A DNA stretch of 64,000 bases from an uncultured virus (IMG/VR IMGVR_UViG_3300044701_004307). Lineage: Duplodnaviria; Heunggongvirae; Uroviricota; Caudoviricetes. Under the pieces are notes generated by a model. That model was not told where the DNA came from. It searched no databases and saw only the letters and a program-made list of their open reading frames with translations. A program made the translations under genes and the position numbers. Shown piece by piece: positions 1 to 8,054 of this stretch; the first letter of the stretch is position 1, and each line of letters starts with the position of its first letter. The DNA lies in IMG/VR virus record IMGVR_UViG_3300044701_004307, one strand, 5' to 3'.

Positions 1-4
1 AGTG

Positions 5-190
5 TTAATTAAGTAAGCCATCATCGATAATAAACCGTTGCAAGATTTCGGCCATGATCGTTTCTTCGATTCGATCTTGAATGGCCTCTTCGGTTGGATG
101 CTCAACATGCTTGTGCGCTGAGCGCCAGCCACGCTTGACACCAGCCTCTATAGCCTCTTCAAGCAGGGGATAAATGCGTGGGCGTATCAT
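5..190 (-). CDS. small hypothetical phage protein
   Basis: 61-aa ORF in a chain of 4-nt-overlapping minus-strand ORFs. Confidence 0.55.
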   Translation of the reverse strand: MIRPRIYPLLEEAIEAGVKRGWRSAHKHVEHPTEEAIQDRIEETIMAEILQRFIIDDGLLN

Positions 191-372
191 GAGGCCTCCA
201 GCTCGGCGGCGAACTGCTCTAGAATCCCGGCTGGCACAGCATACCAGCTCTCAGGGTCGCCATAGGCGCCGGCCAAGTGTATCAGCACCCTGGCAATGCC
301 ATCGCGGACGCTTTCGCCTTCCTCGAACTCGTCGATTAGGCGTTGGGCGCGACTGGTGAGGTGGTTGGTCAT
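187..372 (-). CDS. small hypothetical phage protein
   Basis: ATG at 372 (MTNHL...) overlaps the stop of the upstream ORF (ATGA coupling). Confidence 0.5.
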   Translation of the reverse strand: MTNHLTSRAQRLIDEFEEGESVRDGIARVLIHLAGAYGDPESWYAVPAGILEQFAAELEAS

Positions 373-584
373 CCATCTAGCTCCTTGACGAGTTTTTTCA
401 GGGCCTTGAATTGACCCCATGTTAACTGAAAATGCTGTTCACCATGGCTGCTTAAGTGAGCATCAAAGCCTTCGCCATTGTGCCATAGCGAAACTTCAAT
501 GAAATCATCGAGCTTGCCGCCTATGTCGAAATCTTCAAGGCTAACAAATGCAGCGTCAAGCTTGTAACGGGTAATTTCAGTCAT
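369..584 (-). CDS. hypothetical phage protein
   Basis: 71-aa ORF coupled to its neighbours. Confidence 0.55.
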   Translation of the reverse strand: MTEITRYKLDAAFVSLEDFDIGGKLDDFIEVSLWHNGEGFDAHLSSHGEQHFQLTWGQFKALKKLVKELDG

Positions 585-900
585 CGGGGAGGGCCTCCAG
601 CGCGCGGCGGATTAGGTAGACATCAATGTCGTCGTCTTCCAGTGCTTTCAACGCCTGTTCCTTCAAGCTCGGCGGCTTGGGTCGGCGAACGGCGCGGAGA
701 TTGCGGCCGTATTCCATGGTGTGCCTAGTGACCCACTCACAGCACTCCTCCAACTCTTGGTCGGCGCCGTATTGGGCGGCGCGAGCAGTAATAAAAAGCT
801 CTGAGCCACCTGGTTGCAGCGGTGGATCGCACTCAAAAAACTCGCAAAGCCATTGCTGGACCAGCTCCGGTGATGGAGCGATGTTCGATGAATCCGTCAT
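577..900 (-). CDS. hypothetical phage protein
   Basis: Start MTDSS at 900 after a purine-rich RBS-like stretch (GGGGAAAG). Confidence 0.55.
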   Translation of the reverse strand: MTDSSNIAPSPELVQQWLCEFFECDPPLQPGGSELFITARAAQYGADQELEECCEWVTRHTMEYGRNLRAVRRPKPPSLKEQALKALEDDDIDVYLIRRALEALPDD

Positions 901-910
901 TGCTTTCCCC

Positions 911-1099
911 TTAGGCGTAGGCCAGCTCTTGAGGGGCATCATGCCACTCCTCAAGCAGGCTGACGTCACGAATTTTCAGCTCTGGCCAGAATTCCTTGGC
1001 GGTATGGTGCGCCGTTGTTGAGCTGGCGCACACAAGGTAGTAGACAACGACCCCGTCGAGGACTTGGCCGGTCACGCGATAGGTCTGGGGAGTACGCAT
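911..1099 (-). CDS. hypothetical phage protein
   Basis: 62 aa; preceded by extended -10-like TGGTAGGAT (1127-1135, minus strand). Confidence 0.5.
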   Translation of the reverse strand: MRTPQTYRVTGQVLDGVVVYYLVCASSTTAHHTAKEFWPELKIRDVSLLEEWHDAPQELAYA

Positions 1100-1215
1100 T
1101 TCGCCAATTGGTTGGTTGACTCCAGAATCCTACCACACGTGATTCGTTGTGATATGCTGACGAAGCAGCGGTCCCAAACGCTGTTATTCACGCCAGAAGA
1201 CCGGGTATGGTATCG

Positions 1216-1247
1216 GCTCCGCCTTTGAGACAGGTCGGAGCTTTTTT
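1216..1247 (+). terminator. rho-independent terminator
   Basis: gctccgcct...aggtcggagc hairpin followed by tttttt. Confidence 0.6.
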
Positions 1248-1280
1248 CATGGAAGGCTAAGGACTGATGCCCGCAAGACA

Positions 1281-1424
1281 ATGGCCAAAAAGCTCCCAGA
1301 AACCAGGAAGATGACGGTTGCCGAGAAGTACGCCGAGCTGAAGCGCCAGACCGAGGCTGCTGGCATGACGGTCCGCGAGGTTGACGGCAAGCTTGTAGTG
1401 TCCCGCAAGAAGCCCGCGAAATAA
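1281..1424 (+). CDS. small basic hypothetical protein (47 aa, below the ORF-track cutoff)
   Basis: MAKKLPETRKMTVAEKYAELKRQTEAAGMTVREVDGKLVVSRKKPAK; GGAAGGCTAA motif at 1251-1260. Confidence 0.55.
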   Translation: MAKKLPETRKMTVAEKYAELKRQTEAAGMTVREVDGKLVVSRKKPAK

Positions 1425-1532
1425 CGATGGTCGACTCCCACTCGACAATGCTGGTACTAATGGTCACAGGAACCCTTGGGGTACTGGCGGCGGTGGCATT
1501 CGTGGTAAAATGCGCCAGGTAGCTTAAGCACC

Positions 1533-2075
1533 GTGGCCAAGGAAGTCTTTCTGACGAGTGACCTGCACTTCGGCCACTCAAAAATGTACGAATTGCCCTT
1601 CCGCAACCAGGATGGCAGCCCAGTACGCCCCTGGAGTTCTGCTGAAGAAGCAGACGAAGCCATGGTGGAACGCTGGAACGCGACTGTCGGGCCGCACGAC
1701 AAGGTCTATGTTTTGGGCGACGTAGCGATCCCGGTGAATGGCATTGCGCACGTCAGCAGGCTTAATGGCGACAAGGTCCTGATAGCTGGTAATCACGACT
1801 GGCCATTCGAGAAGCGACTGGGGCAATACTTCCGCTCAGTGCGGGCCTACTGGAAACTGGGTAACTTTGTGCTGAGCCACGTCCCCATCCATCCCGACAG
1901 CATCCGGAACTTTGACGGGAACATCCATGGCCACCTCCATTCCGGTAGGGTCCAGCTACCTGATGGCTCGATCGATCCCAGGTATCTCTGTGTCTGCGTG
2001 GAGCACACCGACTATGCTCCGATATCCTGGGATGAGACACAGCAGCGCTTTAGGGCCCAGCAGGGCACAGATTGA
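1533..2075 (+). CDS. calcineurin-like metallophosphoesterase
   Basis: Motifs SDLHFGH, LGD, GNHD, SHVP and HGHLH. Confidence 0.9.
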   Translation: MAKEVFLTSDLHFGHSKMYELPFRNQDGSPVRPWSSAEEADEAMVERWNATVGPHDKVYVLGDVAIPVNGIAHVSRLNGDKVLIAGNHDWPFEKRLGQYFRSVRAYWKLGNFVLSHVPIHPDSIRNFDGNIHGHLHSGRVQLPDGSIDPRYLCVCVEHTDYAPISWDETQQRFRAQQGTD

Positions 2076-2125
2076 CGCACGAGCGCCAATGCCTTAATCT
2101 TCAAGGGTCACCCCACAGGACCCCA

Positions 2126-2515
2126 ATGACAACTCCGAAACTCCAAGAGAAGATAACCGTCCTTAGACGAATCGCCGTCTACGAAGAAGCGGTTTTTGAT
2201 AGCATGGAAGAATTTGAGCACTGGAAAGCGCTCATGAACTGGACGGACGACAAAGATTGTTACGAAGAAGAATACGAAGAGTTTCGTCAAATAAATGAAA
2301 ATAAGTTTGCCAACATTGAGTATCCCACAGAGGAATACGAGCCTACTCTTTACATTGCAGTCAAAGGCGACATTCGAGACTGCTCTGATGATTGGATTCA
2401 CCAAAACATTTTTGATGAGGCGGTAGATGATAATGAATTTGAATCCATGCCACTAATTGAAGGCACTTGGCATGAGCTACTATTTGAGTCAACTGGCCTA
2501 ATTTCACAGGTATAA
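2126..2515 (+). CDS. acidic hypothetical protein
   Basis: Very Glu/Asp-rich ORF; ATG at 2126 after AGGA. Confidence 0.55.
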   Translation: MTTPKLQEKITVLRRIAVYEEAVFDSMEEFEHWKALMNWTDDKDCYEEEYEEFRQINENKFANIEYPTEEYEPTLYIAVKGDIRDCSDDWIHQNIFDEAVDDNEFESMPLIEGTWHELLFESTGLISQV

Positions 2516-2521
2516 TACATT

Positions 2522-2676
2522 ACGGTCGGCTGCGCCCTGGGTCTTCGGACTCTGCGGAGACGGCCACAACACCCCCTACGCCTCTCGATGATGCGCAAAC
2601 CTGGGGGTCACTGGGAAGCTGAGAAGCGTCAGGCACATGGCCTGAAAGAATCGGGGGCAGCTCCCGGTCTTCCCTA
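2522..2676 (+). ncRNA. candidate structured ncRNA ending in a tRNA-like domain
   Basis: TATAAT at 2511-2516; nested hairpin with a cUUCGg loop; second hairpin; acceptor-, anticodon- and T-arm-like stems at 2613-2674. Confidence 0.5.
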
Positions 2677-2691
2677 TTGCTGCTGCTAGCC

Positions 2692-2901
2692 ATGCGCAAG
2701 ATCTGGCATCTCTGGGCAAAGGCCTTGGGGCCTAAGCAGGGGGCTACGGATAGAGAAGCCGACATGGTGGCCATTGTTCGTACGGCAATTCTGTCGTTCT
2801 ACATGATTACCAATGGCTTCATTGTTGCCAGCGCCTGGGTCAATCTGACAAGGTCCATGTCGCCTTGTGATGTTTACAATACTCAGCAAAGGCAACCTTG
2901 A
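2692..2901 (+). CDS. small membrane protein
   Basis: WAKALGxK...D motif followed by a hydrophobic segment. Confidence 0.6.
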   Translation: MRKIWHLWAKALGPKQGATDREADMVAIVRTAILSFYMITNGFIVASAWVNLTRSMSPCDVYNTQQRQP

Positions 2902-3048
2902 CCTGCTCCCAGCTCTCTTCGGTGGCAAGCATCCCAAGCTCTTCTGCTGCTTGAGGAACATTCCACTTTGCGGCAAATAGCATATGCATTGCTAGTTCAG
3001 TATCTGGTTCGGACAACTCGGGAATCCTAGTTGAAACTAAGGTTCCGT

Positions 3049-3345
3049 ATGGCCAAGATCCCGCCGCGAGTAAAGGCTCAAATGGAGAAGAATGGCCTAA
3101 CTGGCGTTAATAAGCCCAAAAGAACCCCCAGCCATCCAGACAAAAGCCATATTGTGATGGCAAAAGAGGGGGATAAGTACAAGTTGATTCGTTTTGGTGA
3201 GCAAGGCGCCGATACCAAGCCACCGAGCAAAGGCGAAAGTGCTGCCGACAAAGCGAAGCGGGCCTCTTTTAAGGCACGGCACGCCTCGAACATCGCCAAG
3301 GGCAAGATGTCGGCGGCATTTTGGAGCGATCGCGTCAAGTGGTGA
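3049..3345 (+). CDS. basic hypothetical phage protein
   Basis: Lys-rich; KLIRFG...SFKARH...SAAFW..W pattern common in aquatic phages; GGAATCCTAG motif at 3021. Confidence 0.7.
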   Translation: MAKIPPRVKAQMEKNGLTGVNKPKRTPSHPDKSHIVMAKEGDKYKLIRFGEQGADTKPPSKGESAADKAKRASFKARHASNIAKGKMSAAFWSDRVKW

Positions 3346-3396
3346 GTTGTATCAAATAAAAGGAAATCTAATCGTAACCTTTGTGAAGAAATTACA

Positions 3397-3570
3397 ATGA
3401 AGAAAGCAGGAAGTCCCGGATTGTACGATGCGATCCGCAAGAAAAAGGCCCGCATTGAAGCTGGTTCTGATGAGCGTATGCGCAAGCCTGGATCCAAAGG
3501 CGCGCCAAGTGCTGCCGACTTCAAGGCTGCCGCCAAGACTGCCAAGAAGCCCAAGTCGAAGGGTAAGTAA
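3397..3570 (+). CDS. small Lys-rich protein (57 aa)
   Basis: MKKAGSPGLYDAIRKKKARIEAGSDERMRKPGSKGAPSAADFKAAAKTAKK...; not in the ORF track. Confidence 0.65.
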   Translation: MKKAGSPGLYDAIRKKKARIEAGSDERMRKPGSKGAPSAADFKAAAKTAKKPKSKGK

Positions 3571-3720
3571 ATGCCACTCAAGCGAGGCTACAGCCAGAAA
3601 ACTGTCTCTCGGAACATCAAGACCCTACTGAAAGAAGGGCGCCCGCTCGCTCAAGCCCAGGCAATCAGCTTGTCCGAAGCTTCTAAAGCAAAAAAGAAGC
3701 GTTCAAAGAAGAAGAAATGA
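3571..3720 (+). CDS. small Lys-rich protein (49 aa)
   Basis: MPLKRGYSQKTVSRNIKTLLKEGRPLAQAQAISLS...; abuts the previous stop; not in the ORF track. Confidence 0.65.
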   Translation: MPLKRGYSQKTVSRNIKTLLKEGRPLAQAQAISLSEASKAKKKRSKKKK

Positions 3721-3974
3721 CTCTAAGCCAAACCATGGCCGAGGTCTGGGACAATCGCCCCAGACTGATTATTCATGGCCGACTCCAGAATTGCACGACC
3801 GTCCGTCAGTTGGCCAAGTTGGCTGAATCCAAAGGATTTCAAGTCGAAGTGCAACCTTCCGGCTTCATGCATGACGTCAAGCTGCACGAGGGATTCGATT
3901 CCGGGGCTCCATTGCGTAATCACACCATCCGCAGCGCTCAACGATTCCTTGAGCAGCATCCAGGCGCAGATTAA
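3717..3974 (+). CDS. hypothetical protein
   Basis: ATGA overlap with the upstream gene. Confidence 0.5.
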   Translation: MTLSQTMAEVWDNRPRLIIHGRLQNCTTVRQLAKLAESKGFQVEVQPSGFMHDVKLHEGFDSGAPLRNHTIRSAQRFLEQHPGAD

Positions 3975-4222
3975 CGTCCTTCCATGTGGTGAATATAGCC
4001 CTTTAGGCATAGCACGTATCGCCTAAGGGTTTCCGCCATTTCCAGGTGGATCCGATCCCCTGTTTGCAGATACAGGCTGACGTGCAAGTCAACGGCCTGC
4101 AGGCAATTATGAATTTTGGCGTTCCAAGGATCCCGAATCTCGGTGCTCCAGGTCCTGCGTGGGTTGCTCAACGCGATTGGAGAAGCGCTCTCCATAGAGT
4201 CCCATTTCTTCCGAAATTTCAA
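3971..4222 (-). CDS. hypothetical phage protein
   Basis: RxW.T..R.PWN..I...L.A.D.H pattern; start uncertain. Confidence 0.5.
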   Translation of the reverse strand: MKFRKKWDSMESASPIALSNPRRTWSTEIRDPWNAKIHNCLQAVDLHVSLYLQTGDRIHLEMAETLRRYVLCLKGYIHHMEGR

Positions 4223-4520
4223 CCAGTTGCTGGAATGCTTCTTCGGAGACTGGTCCCCCCCAGCACATGGTTCCCCAGAAGGTGCCGAAGCACCGCATTC
4301 GTTTCAACGAGACGGATTCAGGAATGGTGTTGCGCCAACGGACCCACCCCAAAGATCCACCCATTACGCCAATCCGAAACTCGTACATCACGGACTGGAG
4401 TTGCCTTTTCCGGCCAGCGTTCGAACAAATAGGTCGCTAAATCGTTCCATTTCATCGACAGTGGAAGTCGTCAGACTGCAATTGATCTGCCTGTAAAGAC
4501 GCATCATGTCGATCCATTCT

Positions 4521-5228
4521 TCATCGGTGACTTCCAGTGCTTGCCTTAACGCGCTCATCGGCCTTCCTTAGTACACATTTTGAGGATTCCGGAACATAAT
4601 CCCACTCAAGGGTGTCCCCGGGCCTCCATCCTAGCTTGTCGCTCAGCTCTTGACTGAAATTTAAGATTAAATCCTCGCCATCCCTTGTCAGCCAGGCTTC
4701 ATGAGACTCCAGGACTCGAACAGGTAGCGATTCAGCAGGTAAATCCTTAATACTTTCTATTGGATTCAAGGCTTTCTGCGGCACCGCGTAACAAGGTCGA
4801 CCACGGACAAACTCCCGGATCCACTCTTTGCGTGCTGCATCCCGTCCGTGAATCCAACCCCAGACTTGAGCCGTTTCACCCCCTTCGTGAGTTACCAGCA
4901 CGAAAACCTTGCTGGGATCATCGTCGAGTTGCACCAGTAGATCGTAATTGTGCTTACTCCGTGTTTTTACTTCAATATTCCCCGGCAGGTCCGCTGCTCC
5001 TCGTACCGCATTTTCAGCCTGGAAAAGATGCTCTTGCATCCCCAGGAGCTCAGCGACGGCAACCTCCCCGAGGCAGCCAAGCAGATGCATCTTTAGGGCT
5101 TTTTCGCCCTTGTCGGGCGCCTTGTTTCTGCCACGCAACCCTTTCGCCTCATTCTGCGATTGCCGGCGAAGGGCCTCGGCTCTTGCTAGCGCCAAGTTTT
5201 CGGGGCTCAGGGTGATTGCGACGGGCAT
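4521..5228 (-). CDS. PD-(D/E)XK-like domain fused to a C-terminal AbrB/SpoVT-like domain
   Basis: GE...AD...IEVK in the N-terminal part; LILNFSQELSDKLGWRPGDTLEW at the C-terminus. Confidence 0.55.
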   Translation of the reverse strand: MPVAITLSPENLALARAEALRRQSQNEAKGLRGRNKAPDKGEKALKMHLLGCLGEVAVAELLGMQEHLFQAENAVRGAADLPGNIEVKTRSKHNYDLLVQLDDDPSKVFVLVTHEGGETAQVWGWIHGRDAARKEWIREFVRGRPCYAVPQKALNPIESIKDLPAESLPVRVLESHEAWLTRDGEDLILNFSQELSDKLGWRPGDTLEWDYVPESSKCVLRKADERVKASTGSHR

Positions 5229-5285
5229 GAAAAAGCCGCTACATGCATGCGCAATATAGCGGCCAGCTCCTCACACTGAGATAGC

Positions 5286-5744
5286 TTAGCGCAGAATCTG
5301 CAACTTCACGGGCGCGACGCCACTTGAAATCATCCCAATGCGCTCTGCTGCTCCTCTGCTGAGGTCGATGACGCGACCAGAAACATGAGGGCCGTCGTCA
5401 TTTACGACGACTGTCACACTCTTGCCATTATTAAGATTGGTCACTTTGACGCGTGTCCCAAACGGCAAGCTCTTGTGGGCAGCGGTTAGAGCGTTTTGAT
5501 TGTAAATTTGACCACTGGCGGTACGTCTACCATGGAAGCCAGGGCCATACCAGGATGCAAGTGAAGCGACCTTTGCCTGCAGCGTCTCGACGCGATTCAG
5601 ACTGGCTGGGTCCCAGTTCATCGAGTCATGAGCCCCATCGAAAACGACTTTGGGCATTTGTGTGGCAGCGGGGGAGGCGGCGAAGGCTGGAGAGGAGAGT
5701 GCTGCGATGGCAGCAGTGGCAAGCAGTTGTTTGATAAAAAGCAT
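5286..5744 (-). CDS. rlpA: RlpA-family lytic transglycosylase (double-psi beta-barrel) with signal peptide
   Basis: [16 protein letters not shown]...[15 protein letters not shown]...VNDDGP...RVIDLS; N-terminal Ala-rich signal sequence. Confidence 0.92.
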   Translation of the reverse strand: MLFIKQLLATAAIAALSSPAFAASPAATQMPKVVFDGAHDSMNWDPASLNRVETLQAKVASLASWYGPGFHGRRTASGQIYNQNALTAAHKSLPFGTRVKVTNLNNGKSVTVVVNDDGPHVSGRVIDLSRGAAERIGMISSGVAPVKLQILR

Positions 5745-5845
5745 CAAGAAATACGGAACTCGACGACACTAAGCGAGTAGCGCCCACTCCTGGAAATGAT
5801 CAGAAGCCCGGTGTCGAAACCGGGCCCGTGCTAGCTATTGTAGCA
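5745..5845 (-). promoter_or_regulatory. extended -10 promoter and structured 5' leader of rlpA
   Basis: TGCTACAAT at 5837-5845; leader hairpins gcccggt/accgggc and gagtgg/ctactc. Confidence 0.5.
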
Positions 5846-6128
5846 CCTTAGATTTCCGGACTCAAGTCTCATCCGTCTTATTGTGAGAATTTACCAACTC
5901 AAGTCCTTTGATTATCTTGGTTGGAAATAGCTGCTGAGCTATGGCCCAGCAATGCGCAGCGTAGAAGCCATACACCTTTTCGATAGTGCCGTCATCAAAA
6001 GTGACCTTGTAGATGTTGAGATTTGCTGGATTCATTCGAGTCCTCTGAAATGAGCTTCTTTGCTTTCTGGTACGAACTGCAATTCAAAGCCATTGTCCTC
6101 CGACGAGCGGAGGAATTGCCTGAATTCG

Positions 6129-6383
6129 TTATTTAATCACCTTTTCAAGGTCAAAGACCGTGCCAACACGCTCGACTGCAACCCCTGCGTTGTAAGGGTT
6201 TTGGTGACCTGTTGAGACGCGATAAATAACGCCCTCACTTTGAACAAGTTCAGAGACGAAAGGAGCAGCCCCCGCCAGCTCTCTGAGCCTTTGAGACTCG
6301 GTTTTTGCAATATACTGAGCCCTCTGAACTCTCAGGTGCTGCTTTAAAAGCTGCTGAGCACTGGCCTTCTTTGTCCTAGCCAT
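6129..6383 (-). CDS. hypothetical protein
   Basis: 84 aa; TAATG coupling with the upstream gene. Confidence 0.55.
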   Translation of the reverse strand: MARTKKASAQQLLKQHLRVQRAQYIAKTESQRLRELAGAAPFVSELVQSEGVIYRVSTGHQNPYNAGVAVERVGTVFDLEKVIK

Positions 6384-6913
6384 TACTCGACCTCGTACGA
6401 AAGCTCAGTGCCGACGATATCAAGGTCGGTCGAGTGCGGACGGATATATATCGATTCGGCATATTCTTTGCCGACAGCGACTTTGTCGTCTCCTCGTCCC
6501 AGGTACGTCAGCCCCTCTCCAGGGTCTCGGAAAACACGTGTCCCCTTGGGAAGGATGCCATAGGCACCCAGTCGATCCAACAGACCATTCAGCCGTTCAG
6601 ACGTGGTTGTTGTTGGCTGCCCGTCTCCATCGTAAAAGTTTGTAAACGAAACCCGCACGGAAGCTGCTTTCCACTCTGCAAGCAGGATGCTCAGGATTTC
6701 TTCGTCAAAAAGATAAACCTTGAGCAACTGCATCCGCTTCTCGATTTCATACGTAACAAGGGTATTGCCTTTTACTCGCTGACCAGTGCCCCGGTAGTGT
6801 CCCGTCAGGAACAAACCAAGATGCGTGCAGGCGAACTCAGTTAGCGGGCGATTGGAACGCAGGTACTCGCCTTCGCCACGTCGAATTGGGCGCTTTTCGA
6901 ATGATGTAGCCAT
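6383..6913 (-). CDS. hypothetical protein
   Basis: Start MATSF after GGAGA; TGCTATGAT at 6939-6947. Confidence 0.6.
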   Translation of the reverse strand: MATSFEKRPIRRGEGEYLRSNRPLTEFACTHLGLFLTGHYRGTGQRVKGNTLVTYEIEKRMQLLKVYLFDEEILSILLAEWKAASVRVSFTNFYDGDGQPTTTTSERLNGLLDRLGAYGILPKGTRVFRDPGEGLTYLGRGDDKVAVGKEYAESIYIRPHSTDLDIVGTELSYEVE

Positions 6914-6939
6914 GTGGGTCTCCCCGGTGTGCCCAATAA

Positions 6940-7335
6940 TCATAGCAGGTCTTGGCCTGGAACCATCTCGCAAGAAAAAATTGGTCCCTTGCAGAGCACC
7001 GCGTTGAGCTTGCCCACCTTGAAATAGGTCACTGCCTCAAGGGTCTGCCCCTGATGCAGGGCGGTAAATCGGATTGTGCCCGATTTTCTGTAGGGTTTCA
7101 GGCGTCCATGCCGACCGGTGGGGACCGGCTTGAAGTGCGGGAACGGGAAGTCTCCTGCCTCATGCTCGACCAACTCCAGGTCATAGGCATCACCGTCTTC
7201 CACCCGATACAGGCAGCCATCAGTGGCGAGCCAATAGGTGTCCATGAGCGATTCCAGCTCTTTTGTCTGGAGTTCGCCGAGGAATTCGGGTCCAAGATCT
7301 GGGCAGGTGTTCAGTACGGTCGAATATAGTCCCAA
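6940..7335 (-). CDS. hypothetical phage protein
   Basis: MGLY...LQTKEL...YW...G.LY pattern. Confidence 0.6.
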   Translation of the reverse strand: MGLYSTVLNTCPDLGPEFLGELQTKELESLMDTYWLATDGCLYRVEDGDAYDLELVEHEAGDFPFPHFKPVPTGRHGRLKPYRKSGTIRFTALHQGQTLEAVTYFKVGKLNAVLCKGPIFSCEMVPGQDLL

Positions 7336-7473
7336 GTCAGTCCTCGTTCGCTGTCTTCAGTTTAGCAACACGCATCGCTTCGGATGCCTGCTCGTAGCCC
7401 GGTGGATTCAATTCTGGGTGTTTCATGAAGATTGCGGCCCAATCAATGCCACGCACTGGCTTACCTAGGTTGG

Positions 7474-7830
7474 TCAGCGTTTTGCTGGAAGTGCTGGGTA
7501 GTCCTTGTTGACTGGCTTTTTGGTGGTCCACCATTGTTTCTCCTCCCTGTTTAGATGCTGATAATACATGGTTATCACCTGGGTCCAGCAATTTCCCCAC
7601 AGGTCAAAAGCGCTCACAGCATAGCTCGGGTGGTTACTCGCTGTCATGTCTGGGACAAAGCGAGGCCCCACGCGATTCCAGGAAGGCTGCTTGCCGTGCC
7701 ACGCCAGCGAGCAGGATGGCCAGGGCAGCTCCTCTCTGTCAAACAAGCGGCAACAGGAGCCGAGTACCTCATAGGCGAAACTGTTGCCAGGGGAGCTCAG
7801 CCGGTCGCCGTGCCTAAGTGGGTGTATCAA
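7474..7830 (-). CDS. hypothetical cyanobacteria/cyanophage-type protein
   Basis: CRLFDREELPWPSCSL.W.GKQPSWNR.G.RFV.D pattern. Confidence 0.6.
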   Translation of the reverse strand: MIHPLRHGDRLSSPGNSFAYEVLGSCCRLFDREELPWPSCSLAWHGKQPSWNRVGPRFVPDMTASNHPSYAVSAFDLWGNCWTQVITMYYQHLNREEKQWWTTKKPVNKDYPALPAKR

Positions 7831-8026
7831 TTCCAGAGATGTTTCTGAGATCTAGAATCTTACCATTGATCTGGGCCGTGCAGTTCACGAGGTCGTCCTC
7901 GAGTTCTCGCAGCGTCTCAATCAGGGCCTCGGGAGAGTCAAAGACCATTTCGATAATATCCTGCGATGCACCCGGGCAGAAATATTCCCCACGACCTTTC
8001 TTGAATTCAACGCGGGCTAGTAACAT
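7814..8026 (-). CDS. hypothetical protein
   Basis: 70-aa ORF downstream of portal. Confidence 0.5.
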   Translation of the reverse strand: MLLARVEFKKGRGEYFCPGASQDIIEMVFDSPEALIETLRELEDDLVNCTAQINGKILDLRNISGIDTPT

Positions 8027-8054
8027 GGGGTGCTTGCATCTTGAACAGCTTACG

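Noticed and set aside
2561..2610. Possible HDV-like or hammerhead ribozyme within the structured RNA
   Set aside because: No P1 partner for the HDV fold could be placed, and the hammerhead core CUGAUGA...GAAA is not intact (cgatga...caaa).
2613..2676. Canonical tRNA-Met or tmRNA
   Set aside because: No D arm, U33 or TTC loop, and no G3-U70 pair or tag reading frame. Kept only as a tRNA-like candidate.
5745..5835. c-di-AMP or glutamine riboswitch upstream of rlpA
   Set aside because: The conserved sequence blocks of those families were not recognisable. Reported only as an unassigned structured leader.
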